From the NCBI GenBank assembly GCA_951406725.2, contig OX597824.1:79236001-79300000 (forward strand): a stretch of DNA of 64,000 nt. Reading direction: 5' to 3'. Below are positions 61,901 to 64,000 of the stretch, one piece after another. The notes below the pieces were generated by a model that did no database searches, was not told where the DNA came from, and was given only the letters and a program-made list of their open reading frames with translations. A program made the translations under genes and the position numbers. Position 1 is the first letter of the stretch. Each line of letters starts with the position of its first letter. The DNA is from Octopus vulgaris (taxonomy: Eukaryota).

Positions 61901-63053
61901 CAGAAGACACCTGCCCAAAGTGCCATGCAGTGGGACTGAACCCAAAACCATGTAGCTTGGAAACATATATAATATATACTCTTTTACTTGCTTCAGTCAT
62001 TTGACTGTGGCCATGCTGGAGCACCGCCTTTAATCGAGCAAATCTACCCCAGGATTTATTCTTTGGAAGCCTAGTACTTATTCTATCAGTCTCTTTTGCC
62101 GAACCACTAAGTTACGGGGACGTAAACATACCACCATCGGTTGTCAAGCGATGTTGGGGGACAAACACAGACACACAAACATATGCACACACATACATAT
62201 ATATATACATATATACGATGGGCTTTTTCAGTTTCCGTCTACCAAATCCAGTCACAAGGCTTGGTCGGCCCGAGGTTATAGTAGAAGACACTTGCTCAAG
62301 GAGCCACACAGTAGGAATGAACCCGGAACCATGTGGTTGGTAAGCAAGCTCACAATCATGAGGTGGTGAGTCTAATTCCTGGACCGGGCTGTGTGTTGTG
62401 CTCTTGAGCAAGACACTTTATTTCACGCTGCTCCAGTTCACTCAGCTGTAGAAATGTGTTCTAGCATCAATAATGGTGCCAAGCTGTAATTGACCTTTGC
62501 CTTTCCCTTGGATAAAATCAATGGCATCGAGAAGGGAGGCTGGTATGCCTGGCCGACTGTGGAGAGGAACTTTCTAGGTGCAATCCTATGGTCATCCATG
62601 GCCAAAGAGGGTCTTTTATATATATATGTCAATTTGTCAACTGAGTTGTGACACAATATTCCAGCTGTAGAGTATATGGAATATTGGAGTACCATCCAAT
62701 AAAAAGTTACACTTATGTTGCATGCCATGCTATGTATAACATTAGACATTTTCACCTGTAAAAGATGAAAAAGAAAAAACAAAAAAAAAATACCACTGAT
62801 GAACAAGGTAAGGAAATATTCCAAAGATCCAGAAACAAACAGAATGTTCCTTCAGTGTTTCAATTACAGAGTGTGATATAATGTTTCAGAAGTTATACAG
62901 GTAAGATTATAATTAAGGTAAGGTTATAATTAAAGAGAGTGTAATCAGCTTCACCTTTTATTTATTTTTCTTCGAGAAGATGGCCTGACATATAGGATAG
63001 CACTTGCCATCACAAAAGAAATGGGGAAAAAAAAACAATCAAGTGTTGCTTAC

Positions 63054-63174
63054 TTAGTTTCAAAAAATGGTTCTTTCTCGAGGACTTCAATGTTGGGGTT
63101 GGGCTTGAGTTTTTGTTCGTCTTTTCGTTTGCCACCACCTTTCCGCTTGCCAGGTTTTTCTCCTTTGGCTTTCC
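63054..63174 (-). CDS. Exon 1 in window (KAKGEKPGKRKGGGKRKDEQKLKPNPNIEVLEKEPFFET), Lys-rich, NLS-like
   Basis: tttAG acceptor, GTAAGC donor, 121 nt, phase 1 in / 2 out, matches next exon. Confidence 0.8.
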
Positions 63175-64000
63175 CTAAATTTGAAAAGCAAAACAGGGAA
63201 AATAAAAGAACATGTGTTTAATCTCAAGCCATGATGTGTGTGGGGGGAGGGGGGGTAGAGGAAAAAATAGGAATTTCTTTTTAACAACATCAATATTAAT
63301 TTACATAAAATTAGCAACAAAGCAACCAATTTTAGGGAAGGAACAATCAACACTCAATAGATAGATAAATAAATAAATAAATGGATGGATGGATGGATGG
63401 AGTTGGTGTAACAATGATGTCCTAGTGATTGTATGCATTAACTTTCTTCATCTTTACTAATCTGTAAATACATAATTCATCATCATCATCGTTTAACGTC
63501 CGTTTTCCACGCTAGCATGGGTTGGACGGTTCGACCAGGGTCTGGGAAGCCAGGAGGCTGCACCAGGCTCTAGTCTGATCTGGCAGTATTTCTACAGCTG
63601 GATGCCCTTCCTAACACCAACCACTCCGTGAGTGTAGTGGGTGTTTTTTACGTACCACCAGCACAGGGGCCAGAGGGGGCTGGCAAACGGCCATGATCGG
63701 TTGGTGTTTTCATGTGTCACTGACACAGATGCCAGCCAGGTGGCACTGGCATCTGCCATGTTGGGACGGTGCTTTTTACATGTCACCGGCATGGGTAATT
63801 GTATTGTATAATGCATAGCATGCATATTAGTGCAGATATTTAAACATAATACGTATATACACTGAAATTATTACATGAAACAGGCTGCAAAAGGGCCATA
63901 ATCAAAAGGATAATAAGTGGTTAAATAAATATATTCTGCTCTCATATCTCTTCACTTTTAATGATTTAGATCAGAGGTTCTTGACCGGCATCCACAGGGC

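Larger units (their letters stand above)
1626..63174 (-). other. Partial multi-exon gene (33 exons in window): ankyrin-repeat protein, PME-5/tankyrase-like poly(ADP-ribose) polymerase family; 5' and 3' ends outside window
   Basis: Chain of GT-AG exons with matching phases (one exception at 24304-24468) and many ankyrin motifs (TPLH, TALH, GADVN-like). The motifs RGNREGNNAL, GHGYNYLHKEVL, ITPIHCAAINPN and DKMRRTALIHAVMNG recall PME-5-like PARPs from memory. No catalytic domain is visible, so the family call is inference. Confidence 0.8.

Noticed and set aside
62438-62824. 128-aa ORF with a strong acceptor (tttacAG at 62756) as an extra exon
   Set aside because: Splicing from exon 1 (phase 2) gives an immediate TGA, I found no convincing donor, and the 3' part is SINE D. 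Exons 1 and 2 already join in phase. A poison-exon role cannot be excluded.

Overview
This is AT-rich eukaryotic genomic DNA, not prokaryotic. The SINE families and (TA)/(TG)/(CAT) microsatellites suggest a coleoid cephalopod, probably Octopus (inference from repeat recognition). The whole window is the interior of one minus-strand gene. I traced 33 GT-AG exons by hand (63174 down to 1626, 5023 coding nt, about 1670 aa) that encode a long ankyrin-repeat protein resembling the invertebrate PME-5/tankyrase-like PARP family. The start, the stop and any WGR/PARP catalytic domain lie outside the window. Splice phases are consistent at all but one junction: exon 24304-24468 seems to lack 1 nt. The introns hold four tRNA-derived SINE families, RTE and CR1 LINE 3' ends, a dead Tc1 element, and piggyBac-, hAT- and Merlin-like MITEs. 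The most interesting signals are (1) several minimal type-I hammerhead-ribozyme-like motifs, one with an apparent compensatory G3:C8 core swap in pre-mRNA sense, (2) long intronic fold-backs beside exons, which are candidate ADAR substrates, and (3) the apparent frameshift. Most entries in the ORF track are spurious. Coordinates were counted manually, and repeat boundaries are approximate.
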